Below, in pieces: positions 26,901-37,300 of a stretch of DNA of 64,000 nt (the stretch's first letter is position 1; every line of letters begins with the position of its first letter). The position numbers and the translations under genes are program-made. Source of the stretch: Antedon mediterranea (lineage: Eukaryota; Animalia; Echinodermata); assembly GCF_964355755.1 (NCBI RefSeq), contig NC_092678.1, forward strand, positions 6,278,422 to 6,342,421, in the 5' to 3' direction. Below the pieces are notes generated by a model. It was not told where the DNA came from and searched no databases. It saw nothing but the letters and a program-made list of their open reading frames with translations.

Positions 26901-28247
26901 TTTCAAAACTTAAAACATTATCTGGAAATGGTGCAACAGTAAGTGTTTTTAACAATAATATTTCTTTTTAAAGCAATCAATCATTTATGCAAAATAAATT
27001 GCCAACACAGGCTTACTTATACTTGGTTCAGTCAATCATCCAAGAAAATGCAGTTAATTGTGTAACCCAGACATTTATATTGCAAGAGTTTGATGATGTA
27101 GTGGAGCTGTAACTCGGTGGTTAATGTGCTTGCCTTGCAATCCCAAAGTTCAGGGTTCAATCCTGACTTCATGCCAGGGTTGTAACTCACGAATATTTCA
27201 ACTCCACTCCCTAAGCCTCAAATGAGACTTAAGCATGATAGATTATAAAATAGTTTATCAGTCCTGTAATTGGCGAGTTTGTGCTTGCTGTTGGATGCGT
27301 AAAAAAAAAAATACAAATAAAGATATTCATGTTGTTAGAATCTTTGTGTACACTTTGTTTTAGAGGCTTCACTCCTTGTAAGCTTGGACCATCACCATAG
27401 TAACTGCTGTTTTTTAAACCATGTATGTTGTGAGCAGCATCTGCATGGACTGTGGCACTGTTTATGAATATGCATTAGATAAGCTAATAAAGAATGAATA
27501 TGCATTAGATTTTTAATAAGAATGAATATGCATCAGATTTTAAATAAGAATGAGTATGCATTGAATACCAATCAAGAATAAATATGCATTAGATAATCTT
27601 AATAAGGAATGAATATGCATTAGATTTCTAATAAGAATAAATATGCATTAAATTTCTAATAAATATGAATATGCATAGATTTCGAATAAATATGAATATG
27701 CATAAGATTTCTAATAAAAAGAATATGCATAGCTTTCTAATTTGAATGAATATGCATTAGATTTCGAATAAGAATGAATATTCATCAAATTTCTAATAAG
27801 AATGAATATGCATTAGATTTCTAATAAAAATAAAGATTCATTAGATTTCTGATAAGAATGAATATGCATTAGATTTCTAATAATAAAAATAAATATTTAT
27901 TATAATATATTTAATAAAAATGAATATGCATTAGATTTTAATAAGACTGAATATGCATTTGGTACCTAATAAGAATGAATGTCAATTTTTTTTTGCATTT
28001 TTTCACCGTGCATGGAAAACTGTTAAAAATAGATCCTCCAATTTCAGACCCAGCCAATCAAAGCCTCCAATTACAACTTACCCCGAGACCATCCATTAGA
28101 TGGCATGGTGTAGCACTTTGTTTTTCTAACATTTTTTTATTTTATTTATAGGGACCATTCATGACATATTTACCAGTTTTTGTCATCATCATCGCTATAG
28201 CAGCCGCAGTCTTTCAGTTGTTTTATGCTTTCAGTGGACGAGTATGA
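649..28247 (+). CDS. SLMAP: Sarcolemmal membrane-associated protein (SLMAP; STRIPAK component), 5'-partial, 25 coding exons in window
   Basis: Hand-spliced GT-AG exons, phase-consistent: 649-805, 1919-1985, 4165-4261, 6325-6492, 6979-7119, 7961-8267, 8782-8913, 10222-10362, 13581-13673, 13878-13937, 14930-15055, 15449-15487, 16242-16331, 16818-16874, 17334-17396, 17865-17987, 18403-18528, 19058-19120, 19625-19687, 20645-20800, 22753-22794, 25074-25143, 25816-25975, 26837-26938, 28152-28247 (TGA). Translation gives the FHA C-terminal half [26 protein letters not shown]...[11 protein letters not shown]...THGCI, then [18 protein letters not shown]...[16 protein letters not shown] and [13 protein letters not shown], all recognisable SLMAP motifs. 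It ends in the tail anchor [30 protein letters not shown]. The start codon lies upstream of the window. The middle exons are less certain. Confidence 0.93.
1609..1747. mobile_element. MITE family A (PIF/Harbinger-like), representative copy
   Basis: TIR AGCTCTGTCTACACTATCAAACT...AGTTTGATAGTGTAG(A/G)CAGAGCT, flanked by TAA/TTA; internal 21-bp ATATCACTACCATATTTGGGC subrepeat. About 18 full or partial copies in the window. Confidence 0.85.
2293..2954. mobile_element. MITE family C (Tc1/pogo-like, TA-flanked CAG..CTG ends) filled with a ~17-bp minisatellite (GAATAGAGGTGTCCCCT)
   Basis: TA-CAATGGAACCTCTATTAAGGGGACA ... GGTGCTACTG-TA. Related shorter copies or fragments at 30323-30505, about 4770-4990, 7760-7810, 12712-12805 and 55030-55150. 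Confidence 0.72.
3875..4118. mobile_element. MITE family A copy with the internal 21-mer expanded about 4x
   Basis: (TGCCCAAATATGGTAGTGATA)n; explains the spurious CPNMVVI-repeat ORF at 3895. Confidence 0.75.
5380..6230. repeat. Tandem repeat of a ~200-bp unit, about 4 copies
   Basis: GGCCTTGG(C/T)CTAGCCTAGTAGG...AAATAATAAATGTATTATATTTGTGCAATGGTACAAATAATTTCATTCG recurs at about 5455, 5656, 5880 and 6071. Confidence 0.85.
6793..6908. mobile_element. MITE family A copy
   Basis: Both TIRs present, internally deleted. Confidence 0.8.
7126..7590. repeat. GATT/AATC-rich degenerate tandem repeat
   Basis: Repeated TTGATTGATTTTGGGTTATTTC..AAAATCAATCA units immediately after the SLMAP donor at 7120. 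Confidence 0.75.
9173..9861. repeat. 23-bp minisatellite (AACAGTTCGCGTAATCCATCGCT), about 30 copies, inside a family-B MITE
   Basis: Nearly identical direct units without spacers; flanks match the MITE B ends. Confidence 0.95.
11102..11234. mobile_element. MITE family A copy
   Basis: Both TIRs, TAA on both sides (TSD). Confidence 0.85.
12875..13333. mobile_element. MITE family A copy interrupted by a 5S-derived SINE
   Basis: Left half 12875-12950 and right half 13269-13333 rejoin to the MITE consensus; TTA on both sides. Confidence 0.8.
12950..13268 (+). mobile_element. 5S rRNA-derived SINE (SINE3-type), copy 1, with the box C region deleted
   Basis: TACCACGTTGAAACACCGGTTCTTGTCAGATCACCGAAGTTAAGCAACGTTGGGCCTGGT is 5S-like; about 200 bp of non-5S body shared with copy 2; A-rich tail. 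Confidence 0.85.
14154..14316. mobile_element. MITE family A copy
   Basis: Both TIRs and two internal 21-mers. Confidence 0.82.
15641..15940 (+). mobile_element. Degenerate tRNA-derived SINE with CORE-like middle and L2-like tail
   Basis: GTGGCACAGTG..GAGTTCAAATCC head; CCTTAGGCAAG..CTCTCTCCGCCCAGGTGTGCAAATGGGTACC; tail GTAAAGCGCCTTTGAGCAC..CGCTATATAAAT..TATTATTA. Confidence 0.68.
17625..17763. mobile_element. MITE family A copy (right TIR truncated)
   Basis: Left TIR plus internal consensus. Confidence 0.75.
18030..18215 (-). mobile_element. SINE fragment with a related central core
   Basis: Reverse complement TTTCGGATGAGACATTAAGCCGTTGGTCC..TGCACGTTAAAGAACGC..TGAAAAGAGTAG resembles the core of the 35765 and 59390 SINEs. 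Confidence 0.62.
19232..19385. mobile_element. MITE family A copy
   Basis: TIRs and internal consensus. Confidence 0.8.
19755..19960. repeat. ~38-bp degenerate tandem repeat containing AGCCAATCA
   Basis: AAGCCAATCA(G/A)CAGCTT recurs about 5 times. Confidence 0.75.
20895..20930. repeat. (ATT)n microsatellite
   Basis: About 12 ATT units. Confidence 0.85.
21046..21204. mobile_element. MITE family A copy (extra solo TIR at about 20979-21000)
   Basis: Both TIRs. Confidence 0.82.
22118..22260. repeat. 31-bp tandem repeat, 4-5 copies
   Basis: CCACCCATTGGTCAATTCAAAAACATATCAG units. Confidence 0.85.
23535..23610 (+). pseudogene. tRNA-like relic (SINE head or tRNA pseudogene)
   Basis: TGGTGGTCTAGAGG A-box-like and GTGGGTTCGAGTCCCAC T-arm hairpin; no convincing acceptor or anticodon stems. 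Confidence 0.5.
24197..24672. repeat. 28-bp minisatellite (TGGTCAACTTACTGGTGTTGTGCCTAAG), about 17 copies, inside a family-B MITE
   Basis: Direct tandem units; flanked by ACTTGGTTCCCATTTG (24110) and CAAATGCGAACCAACCT (about 24688-24704). Confidence 0.95.
24793..24927. mobile_element. MITE family A copy
   Basis: Both TIRs. Confidence 0.8.
26190..26460 (-). repeat. 24-bp minisatellite (about 11 copies) inside a minus-strand tRNA-SINE; each unit carries a Pol III B-box
   Basis: Unit GGATTGAACCCTGGCACTAGGTCA; reverse complement contains GGTTCAATCC. Flanks align to the SINE at 27100. Confidence 0.88.
27100..27312 (+). mobile_element. Degenerate tRNA-derived SINE
   Basis: TAACTCGGTGGTTAA A-box-like, GGTTCAATCC B box, A-tract at 27301. 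Confidence 0.6.
27465..27980. repeat. ~28-bp degenerate minisatellite (AATAAGAATGAATATGCATTAGATTTCT), about 17 copies
   Basis: Direct tandem units in the last SLMAP intron. Confidence 0.88.
28152..28247 (+). CDS. SLMAP: SLMAP terminal exon encoding the C-terminal transmembrane tail anchor
   Basis: tttatag acceptor, then [31 protein letters not shown]; phase 0, matching the donor at 26938. AATAAA at 28551, with further candidates near 30790 and 30998. Confidence 0.88.
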   Translation, partial: GPFMTYLPVFVIIIAIAAAVFQLFYAFSGRV

Positions 28248-28570
28248 CAGAGATGATAGAATTATACAAACACTGTGACAAAATGTACAAATTGTGTACA
28301 GCTTATAAGAAAATAGTATTATTTGTATAACGCAGTAATAATGGGTGATGTGTACAACATCACTTAGAGGTGGTTAAAGAGTGGGGACGTAATACAAGTG
28401 TTGTGTAACCAGAGAGCAAGCCAGAGAGATTTATATGGTTAGAGTATGTCTCTGAACAGATATAAGGAGATAAACTGTTGAAGGAAATACAGAAAGCAGG
28501 CCAAGAAATGAAAGTTGTATGAGCACACCAGAGAAGGATCAATTGAACTCAATAAAACAAAGTAGCATAA

Positions 28571-28715
28571 AGCTCTATCTGTACACTATCAAATTCATTT
28601 GACAAAAAATGTTTGCCCAAATATGGTAGTGATATACCCAAATATGGTAGTGATATGATGTCATCGTGTCCATATATGGGCACATTACATAAAGTTTTAT
28701 AGTGTAGACAGAGCT
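28571..28715. mobile_element. MITE family A copy downstream of the SLMAP stop
   Basis: Both TIRs. Confidence 0.8.
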
Positions 28716-29053
28716 CAATAGAGCACCCAATTCTCTGTACTGTATCTCAACAAATGGCTCGCATAATTTGTCCAGTATCATAGCAAATTCTGTAATACAG
28801 TGTCACGTATGTACAATATGTATAACATAGCATTAGTTTTGGATTATGACCTATTATACAGGCATCACATGTGACAAACATGTGACACTGTATTGCAGAT
28901 TTTACCTATGATACTAGATAATGTATACATACATTAGAATCGCCTAATAAGATTATATAAAATCTACCAGTATTCATGAACCAGTTTACTACTAGTTAAC
29001 TCAACCTGCAAACATTTAAACATTGTATTGCTATTGGTAGCCCTGTAGTTTAA

Positions 29054-29202
29054 AGCTCTGTCTACACTATCAAACAAAACAAGTGTGATGTGCCTAAATA
29101 TGGAAGTGCTATGCCCAAATACGGTAGTGATATGACATCATCGTGTCCGTTATGGGCACATCATTTTGTTGTCACATAAAGTTTGATAGTGTAGACAGAG
29201 CT
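29054..29202. mobile_element. MITE family A copy
   Basis: Both TIRs, TAA TSD. Confidence 0.85.
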
Positions 29203-29599
29203 TAATATTATAAAATATTCATCATCATCAGTTTGATCATCTATCTATTGAATTATAATTTATTAAAATATAATGCAAGAAAGAATGAAGTACTTGAACA
29301 GACACCACCTATTAGCTTAAAGTATAAAACTTTTCTCTGTTTTGTTGGGACAGCCAACTGTTAAGTTTTTACCATTTTTTAAATCTAAACATAAAGTGTG
29401 CCTTCCAAACCTTTTTTTCTATTAAAGTAGATGTTTGTATTTCATTTTTTTTTCTACTAAAATCGAGGCATAAGAATTTATTTTTCATTAAGATACTATA
29501 GTGGGATATTTACTATACTTATTTATATCAATTTTAATACAAAATGAATTAATGTAATCATACATCCCGACCTCCCACAAACCCCACTCCTCATAAGAA

Positions 29600-29990
29600 T
29601 GTGGCCCCTTGATAGGAGTGTCCCCTGAATAGAGGTGGCCCCTTGATAGGAGTGTCCCCTGAATAGAGGTGTCCCTTTGATAGGAGTGTCCTCTGAATAG
29701 AGGTGTCCCCTTGATAGGAGTGTCCTCTGAATAGAGGTGTCCCCTTGATAGGAGTCTCCTCTGAATAGAGGTGGCCCCTTGATAGGAGTGTCCCCTGAAT
29801 AGAGGTGTCCCCTTGATAGGAGTGTCCTCTGAATAGAGGTGTCCCCTTGATAAGAGTGTCCCCTGAATAGAGGTGTCCCCTTGGTAGGAGTGTCCTCTGA
29901 ATAGAGGTTTCTCCTTGATAGAAGTGTCCTCTCAATAGAGGTGGCCCCTGAATAAAGGTGTCCCAAAGGAAAGGTTTTAATATAGAGGTC
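29600..29990. repeat. 34-bp dimeric minisatellite (GAATAGAGGTGTCCCCTTGATAGGAGTGTCCTCT), about 10 copies, related to MITE C
   Basis: Same core as the 2.3-2.9 kb array; produces the spurious periodic ORFs at 29523 and 29591. Confidence 0.9.
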
Positions 29991-30042
29991 TTTTGCACTA
30001 TTTATGACAATGTACCTATTCTTTGGATATAAGCCCACCTAA

Positions 30043-30204
30043 AGCTCTGTCTACACTATCAAACTTTATGTGACAAAGACAAATGTGATGTGCCCATATA
30101 TGGACACAATGATGTCATATCACTACCATATTTAAGCATATCACTACCATATTTGGGCACATAACACTTTTTTGTCAAACTAGTTTGATAGTGTAGACAG
30201 GGCT
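30043..30204. mobile_element. MITE family A copy
   Basis: Both TIRs, near-consensus interior. Confidence 0.85.
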
Positions 30205-31139
30205 TTACTCAATTATTTAGCCAAATTTTGTTTAATTTGAGTTAAGAGTGAGCTAAGCCCTAGTATGATATGTACAACATGATTTAACCCCTCTTAAAGA
30301 TATGGTTACGTAAATAGTCAATACAGTAGAGCACCTATTAAGAAGACATTTTCAGATTCCAGCAAAGTGTCTTCTTTAATAGGGGTGTCCCCTATGAATA
30401 AGGATTGGCCAAGGTAATGTTGAAACATATACAGTTCACAGTATAGTATCCCTTTAATATGGCTGGCCCCTGAATAGAGGTGTCCCAGTAGCGTGGTCCC
30501 ACTGTAATAGTACTCAGTTACTTAATGGACACCATGATTATATTTATAATGACGATGGTGTCATAATATATCTAGAGTTTCATCTACTGCGTATATACCT
30601 CTGACACAACACAGTGCGTTTAGACAAAGTTTGGGGAAAGGAGATCAAAGATAATCTACATTGTCGGAGAATATACCGAGGGTTTATTTAATTGAAATAG
30701 ATTAATTATTACATTATAACGAATTATAATTAATATAAAGTATGTGTCCTTGGCTTTGGGTATTAGAAAGGATTCATTTATTACATTCAAATAAAATGTA
30801 TATAGCTGTTGTGTTTACAGCAATACTGTATATGCCTGTTTTTCACTTTTCTTCTTGTCTTGAAAGTTTGTTAATATTTACATTCATTTAGTGTGATGAT
30901 TGTTTATGGTGCTGCTGAATTGGTTTTAGTAAGATCATTTTCGAATCATCTGAATGCAGCTTAAATGGCAAACAAATGAAGTAACATGTGATGTGAAAAT
31001 AAACCTATAACTTTAATTTATTTTATTTTAATTCATTATTGCGTTATTTATGACGATACACTTTTATGATATGACACTATACTGATATATTGTGAGCCGA
31101 AAATATCACCTATTTGAATTAAACTATCAATTATTTTTT

Positions 31140-31260
31140 TGGATTGGTGGGCAAAATGTGGGCGAGTTCGTCAAATTCATAAACAAAATGCAGTGTAGGC
31201 GTTCCATACACAAACGTCACGCTTGAATGGTTGGACTTGGAACCGAACGAAACGCAAAAG
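31140..31260 (+). promoter_or_regulatory. Probable LHFPL proximal promoter
   Basis: GATTGG (reverse CCAAT), TGGGCG and ACGTCA half-CRE, with local CpG enrichment just upstream of the ATG. Confidence 0.4.
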
Positions 31261-31376
31261 CAGGGGAGATAGCGAGCGAGCAGTTAGGCCTAGGCTTAGT
31301 GTTGAAATCGATAAGGAAACGGACGGGAAAAGACGATACATTTCAACATTTTTAGCTGTACGGGTTGTTTGAAACC

Positions 31377-34300
31377 ATGAAGGAGGTTAAGGATAACTCG
31401 TATAGTTACTACTACCATACAAATTACGTTCGAAACAGTCGCGCTATAGCGATTGCTTGGGCCATTTTTACCATTTGTTTTGCCATAATTTTGATAGTCG
31501 TATTCGTTCAGCCGTACTGGATCGGTGATGGCCGTGAAGCTCAAGGGGTTGGCTACGCTGGCCTATATCATGTCTGTGTAAGCTTTGGCCTAAGAGGAGA
31601 ACCGGACTGTACGAGAGATATATTTGATTTCGGTCAAATTGATGGGAATTCGGCTTTAGTAGCTGCCACAGTTTTTGTTGGATTGGGCGTTATTTTTGTT
31701 TTGTTATCCGTTTGCGGAATGTGTTGTTTCATGTGTCGAAAGCCAACAACAGCCACCGTCTTCAGAATTTGTGGTGTTTTACAGCTATTGACAGGTACGT
31801 ATGTACAGTTAATTGTTCCGGTCCGGCAAATCACATCTCTGTCTATGTTCTTTTTCACAACGCTCCATGCGGCTATTTGCCAATCTTGATTGATATCACA
31901 TACAGTTGCCACACATAGCTTATTGTTAAAACAAAAAGCAATGTTCTGTACAAACAAGCAATCTGACACAAACCTATACTCTGAAGCCGGACCGGAACAG
32001 ATGGGAAAGACCCTTTATTTGGATTAAATCCATGTATTCAATCAATGTGACATTATGATATGGAAGGAGGCTATTCGTATACAATTCGTTTGGCAATTTA
32101 GGCTAGTTGATTCTATTAAATGCTTTTGTAGTCCAGATGACATCACAAAATATTTTAAAGGCCGCTGCAAAATGACTTTGACATAGTTTGAATTAAACTC
32201 CTCCTGGACTTGCCAGAAATCGAAGCTCCATCAAATTAATTAGTTACTTCACTTTTTTGTGACTGTTGTCTGAAAGAGTTAATACAGTAAAGGTTTAGGT
32301 CAAAGCTATGATTTGTATTTTATCAAATATTCAGGAATGTACAGTAGGCCATGCTTATCCAACGTCCATACAGTACTCACTCAAGGCATACTTATCCACT
32401 TATTAATACAGGCTTACTGTCTACATTGACATTGTTAATTGCCTACCAACCACTGGAATACTGTACCTGCCATAAACATAAATACTGTATTTACTTTAAT
32501 GTGATTAATCTATTTCAATTACATTGTAGCACTTCACTTTCATTAATTAATGACTAATCTATTTAATATGATCCATTTAAATGTTGTATTAATGATTTAC
32601 ATAAGTTTTGTTTCGGTATATGGCTACTCTACTGTAGTTTGCTGCTGTGTTCAATTATGTTGGTGTACTCACAACAGAAAGAAATCAATTATTAGCTAGG
32701 TACCAAATCCTACAAGTGGAATACAGTGTACTGTGTCTAAATACAAAATGACGTCAAATATAATGTACTAGTAGTACAGTACTGTACCAGTATCAATAAT
32801 CTTATCATGGAATATGACAAAATATCCTCAAAATATAGGCCTAGCCTCCAGTTGCTTTGATGCTTTTATTGGCTATTACAGTAGGCCTAGCTTACCACAG
32901 TTTGTGTTTTACACTTATCTGTTTTCTCATTGAAATTTCAGAAAAAGAGAAAAAGAATAAGTTAGATGGCATTGGTGTATGAAACCACCCGTTTCTAATT
33001 TAACACTATTTTGCCATCTGTACAATATTATCCTATGACTGACAAACTAAAGACAAAATGTGTCATGTCCGGATAAAAAACCTGCCATTAATAATTTATG
33101 TTGCATGTTGGTTTTTACACCCTACTACCAGATGACTCGCCACATATTTTTGAATACTCCCCGACTTCTCTAATACAGTTCAGATGTAGCTTGATGCAAG
33201 TCGTCCGTTTCCACTAGGAAACAACAGAGCCACCTGGTTGGTCAGTGGTCAACCATTTTTGATAGGACAAACTTTATATAAACAGAAAATTTAAATTCAC
33301 TTAACCTTACCCCCTGCAATGCCACATGGCTACGTACAGCATGCACATTAAAGTATGATGTACTTTGATTACGATTTAATCTACAAAATGCTCAAAACCT
33401 TTTTAAGAATAAGTATTGTATTTGTACATTTTTCAATATTATAGAAATTTGTTTCATGATGGGAAAACTGTACTGTACATTGTCTTTTGACCCACCTAAA
33501 TTATAATCACTTTTAATTTCCACTAAAAACTATAGATTACTATACAATACAAAATCAAAAGAATTCCATATAGTATCGTTTCTCTCTTAAGAATGTGGTT
33601 TATAATCGTTGGCACTCCTAAATTGTTTTCAAGTTTAAGAGTACCAGATTTGCTTCTTTTGTATCAGTGTTGAGGTTATAAACCTCAATTATTTGATTAA
33701 TTGTTCTCAATGAAGGACATGGAGTGTTTGCTGTTTCTGTCATAATAGGGTACTACGCTCAGTGTATCCATTTATCCACCCACTGTACACTAAGTCTATT
33801 ATACAGCTTTGTATAGGAATACTGTGAACAGCTAGCAATGGATCTACTGAAATCACATTCAGTATATTTAATTATATTATGTACAATTGTACAGTATTCA
33901 CGTATACCATTTTACATCCTGATACATTTATAGAGTAGTAAAGCTACTGTATATTACCTGTATAGTTACTCTTTATTCCAAACACCTATTTTCAATAACG
34001 TTAAAATAAAAGAACACATATTTGTTATAGGGACAACTCCACAGTATTATCGTTTCAAATTAATTAATTAAAATTTCAGTATATCACCGGGCGGTTTAGA
34101 ACTAATATTCTTTGCCTGTCGTGTTTATATATTATATTAATGAAATGTATTATTTGTAACTCGTACTTACTTTTTTTAATACCTTATTCATTTGTTTTAT
34201 TATTGAATGAAAGAAAGAAAATAAATGTTTACGTTGAGTTGAGTTGAGTATACTACATACTGTATGACACCTTTATGCAGTCAAAGCAAAGTAATAATTA

Positions 34301-37300
34301 TAGAATTAATGTAGATATGAATTCATATACAAATTAAGCCCATATCTGATGTTGTAACGTTATCATATGGCCAGTTAAAGCAAAAAAGTAGTTTTTAAAT
34401 TTCTTTAGTCAAAGTTATACAAATTTCAAAGAGCGCGCACAGCGCTTCTACGTGCCAAATTTTCTTCCAATTGTTATATTTTATTCATTCATTATCTTTC
34501 GATAATGTCATCATACCAAAAAGTTAGATCATGATGTGTGTCCGTAATTTCACCAATGCTACACTGTATATAGATATACAGTATATACTGTACATAATGT
34601 ATATGGCATATAATAGGCACAACTCAGCACTATATACGTATAATAGGATGGCGTACATCAACATTTTCTGATCGTATGTTAACATACGTGCATGTTTACA
34701 AAATATTAAAAATGATCACCTATAATTCGTCATAGAATAGAATTATTCTACTGCAGTTTATTTAATATGCAATAATGTTTAATTTTTTTTTAGACATTCA
34801 GTTCACACTGTACAGTATAATAATTGAAAACAGGCTAAAGGGTAAATGGAATGTACAATAATTTTGACAAATTACCTTTGATAAAGACAATGGCTATATG
34901 ACTCAAGTCATTATGTTCAAACCAATGTACTGTAATTACTGTACTGTACTCCTCCCTGTCCAACATACATTAAGGATTGTTTCGTTTCAGCACTCTCCAA
35001 AAAGAAAACGGGCCCTACAGTAAAGTAATTTGACCATTATGAAAGACAAGATAGTAGAAATTACAAGAAACTTTTTAAATTTAAATTCATTTATTTGTAA
35101 TTAATGGTAAAGTTGAATTTTTGAATCAGAACTCAAATACTGTACCATACAGAATTAATTGAAAGCCATACAGCTAGAATTATGTACTGTGTTTATACTG
35201 TGTTTATACTGTGTTTATACTGTGTTTATACTGTGTTTATACTGTGTTTACACATTGATAATGTAAAATTGTTTTATCTACTTTGATACATTGGTTCAAA
35301 GTATATAAAGATAAAGTTTGGTATGTGTGAAACAATATGGTTTTACCACGTTGAAACAATATGGTTTTACCACGTTGAAACACCGGTTCTCGTCAGATCA
35401 CCGAAGTTAAGCAATGTTCGGCCTGGTTAGAGCTTGGATGGGAGACCATCTGGGAATATCGGGTGCTGTATATGGAGCTGGGGTCCCATAGGCACTTGAA
35501 ATCAGGACTGCTGACACTTATGGCAGCCTCTGCTAGTATCTGCCTCAGACGTATTGGCCCATGTCTTTCCTCTAGTCAAGGTGGCCACTGGACGAGAGAA
35601 GCCCTTGATCAATGTTAGGACCAATCAAGGTGCTTTAAATAGCCCTGGCTTTGTTTGTATCAAACCTGTTAGTGGCGGTAATTATCGCTGTTGGTTTTCG
35701 ATAGAATAAAAAAAATAAATAAAAAATAAAACATGATTTATTATAACCTAGTGAGTGAGTGAGTGAGTGAGTGGCCGAGCGGTTAAGACAGTGGAACCGT
35801 AATTAAGTAGCCATAACATCGGCAAGGGTTCGAGGCTCACTCGCTCCATGGTTCTGGTGGTAGAACGAGTCTTCTCGGATAAGGACTATAAACCGTAGGT
35901 CCAGTGTACACATAGCTCATGCGCACTTTAAAGAACCTAGTACATCTTTCGAGACGAGTAGGGGGTTACCCCGGTGTACTAGTCCACACAAACACAGCCA
36001 CTGTCACACACAGCCACTGTGCAAATTGGGACTGGGCCGTTTTAGAGGTGTTTACCACCTGTTGGTCCAGATCCTTCACTAACTGAGTTAGTGAGAAGTC
36101 GAATAAATAAAATAAACCTACAGTACATGTACTACTGTAGTTTGGTTCAAGAGTAAGATTGGGTGTGGTTGGGGTGTGAACTACTGTACTGTTTTGCGGT
36201 GTAATGTAGATACATTCAACCAAATATTACATTGCTTTGTTTTAGCACTAATGGTAAACAATTATACAGTAGTCTAATGGGTTGTCCAACACATGTCATT
36301 TGTAATTTATATTTATTTAATTTCAAAACTCAATTAAATATATTACTGTCTGTTACGACTACTTAATAGACCTTGCCATGCTGTGAATTGTCAAGGTAAT
36401 CAAAACAATATTCTTTTATTTGTCAAATTAATTATTGAATGCAATTATAGTAGTAGCGTTATAGATCTGTTTATTTGTCAATAACACAGAGAATGCAAAT
36501 GAACTGTGTTTCAAAGAATGCGACCAAGAATTTTAAATAAAATTGATTTTTCGATTTAGTGTGGAATAAAACTGAATTACAGTATCTTATACTCAGAAAA
36601 TAATTCATTCTGGCATATCGTTTTATTATACATATTATTTATTAATAAAAAATATTCTGTAAATATCTATTAATGTTCAGTCAATTATGTTTACTCCTCA
36701 AATATTAATTTACCAAACATATCTAAATTTTAATATTTTTATTTTAATCATGAATATGAATAAATTTCTTGTCCAAATGAAGAAAAGAAATGTACTGTAT
36801 CAAAGCATATCTCATATACTGTAAGCACTGTTCGTTTTTCCTCTCTATATTATCAAACTAGTTTGACAAAAAAAGTGTGCTGTCCCCAAATATGGTAGTA
36901 ATATGCTTAAATTATGGTAGTGTGATATGCTTAAATATTGTAGTGATGCTTAAATATTGTAGTAATATGACATTATAATGTCCATATACGGTACATGGGC
37001 ACATCACATTTTTTTGTCACATAAAGTTGATAGTTAATAGACAGAGTTTAATGTTCATATTTACAGTTGCCCTATGGTACATTTCCTTACTTAGAAATAT
37101 CACAGCAGTGCATATAATTTCTCATAAAAACATATCAAAATTGACAGTGCCCATGACATAGTAACAACAATGGCTAATAGTGCCCGTGATGAATGCACCT
37201 CTATTCGCCCAGTCATTTAGTCAAACGTGTAAAAAGATTTTACTGTTTTAACCAATACAAACGAAGTTGATTCTATAAACATAATTTAAGTAATAAACCC

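Noticed and set aside
26939-28151. Second alternative tail-anchor exon as in vertebrate SLMAP
   Set aside because: No convincing hydrophobic exon with splice sites found in this intron by eye.
29523-30038. 171-aa and 135-aa repetitive ORFs
   Set aside because: Stop-free reading of a 34-bp minisatellite; no splice or homology support.
31365-31889. ORF-track boundaries for LHFPL exon 1
   Set aside because: The track starts at a TTG and reads through the intron; the ATG is at 31377 and the donor follows 31794.
35359-35470. Functional 5S rRNA gene
   Set aside because: Diverged 5' end, no oligo-T terminator, and it continues into a body and A-tail shared with another dispersed copy; better explained as a SINE head.
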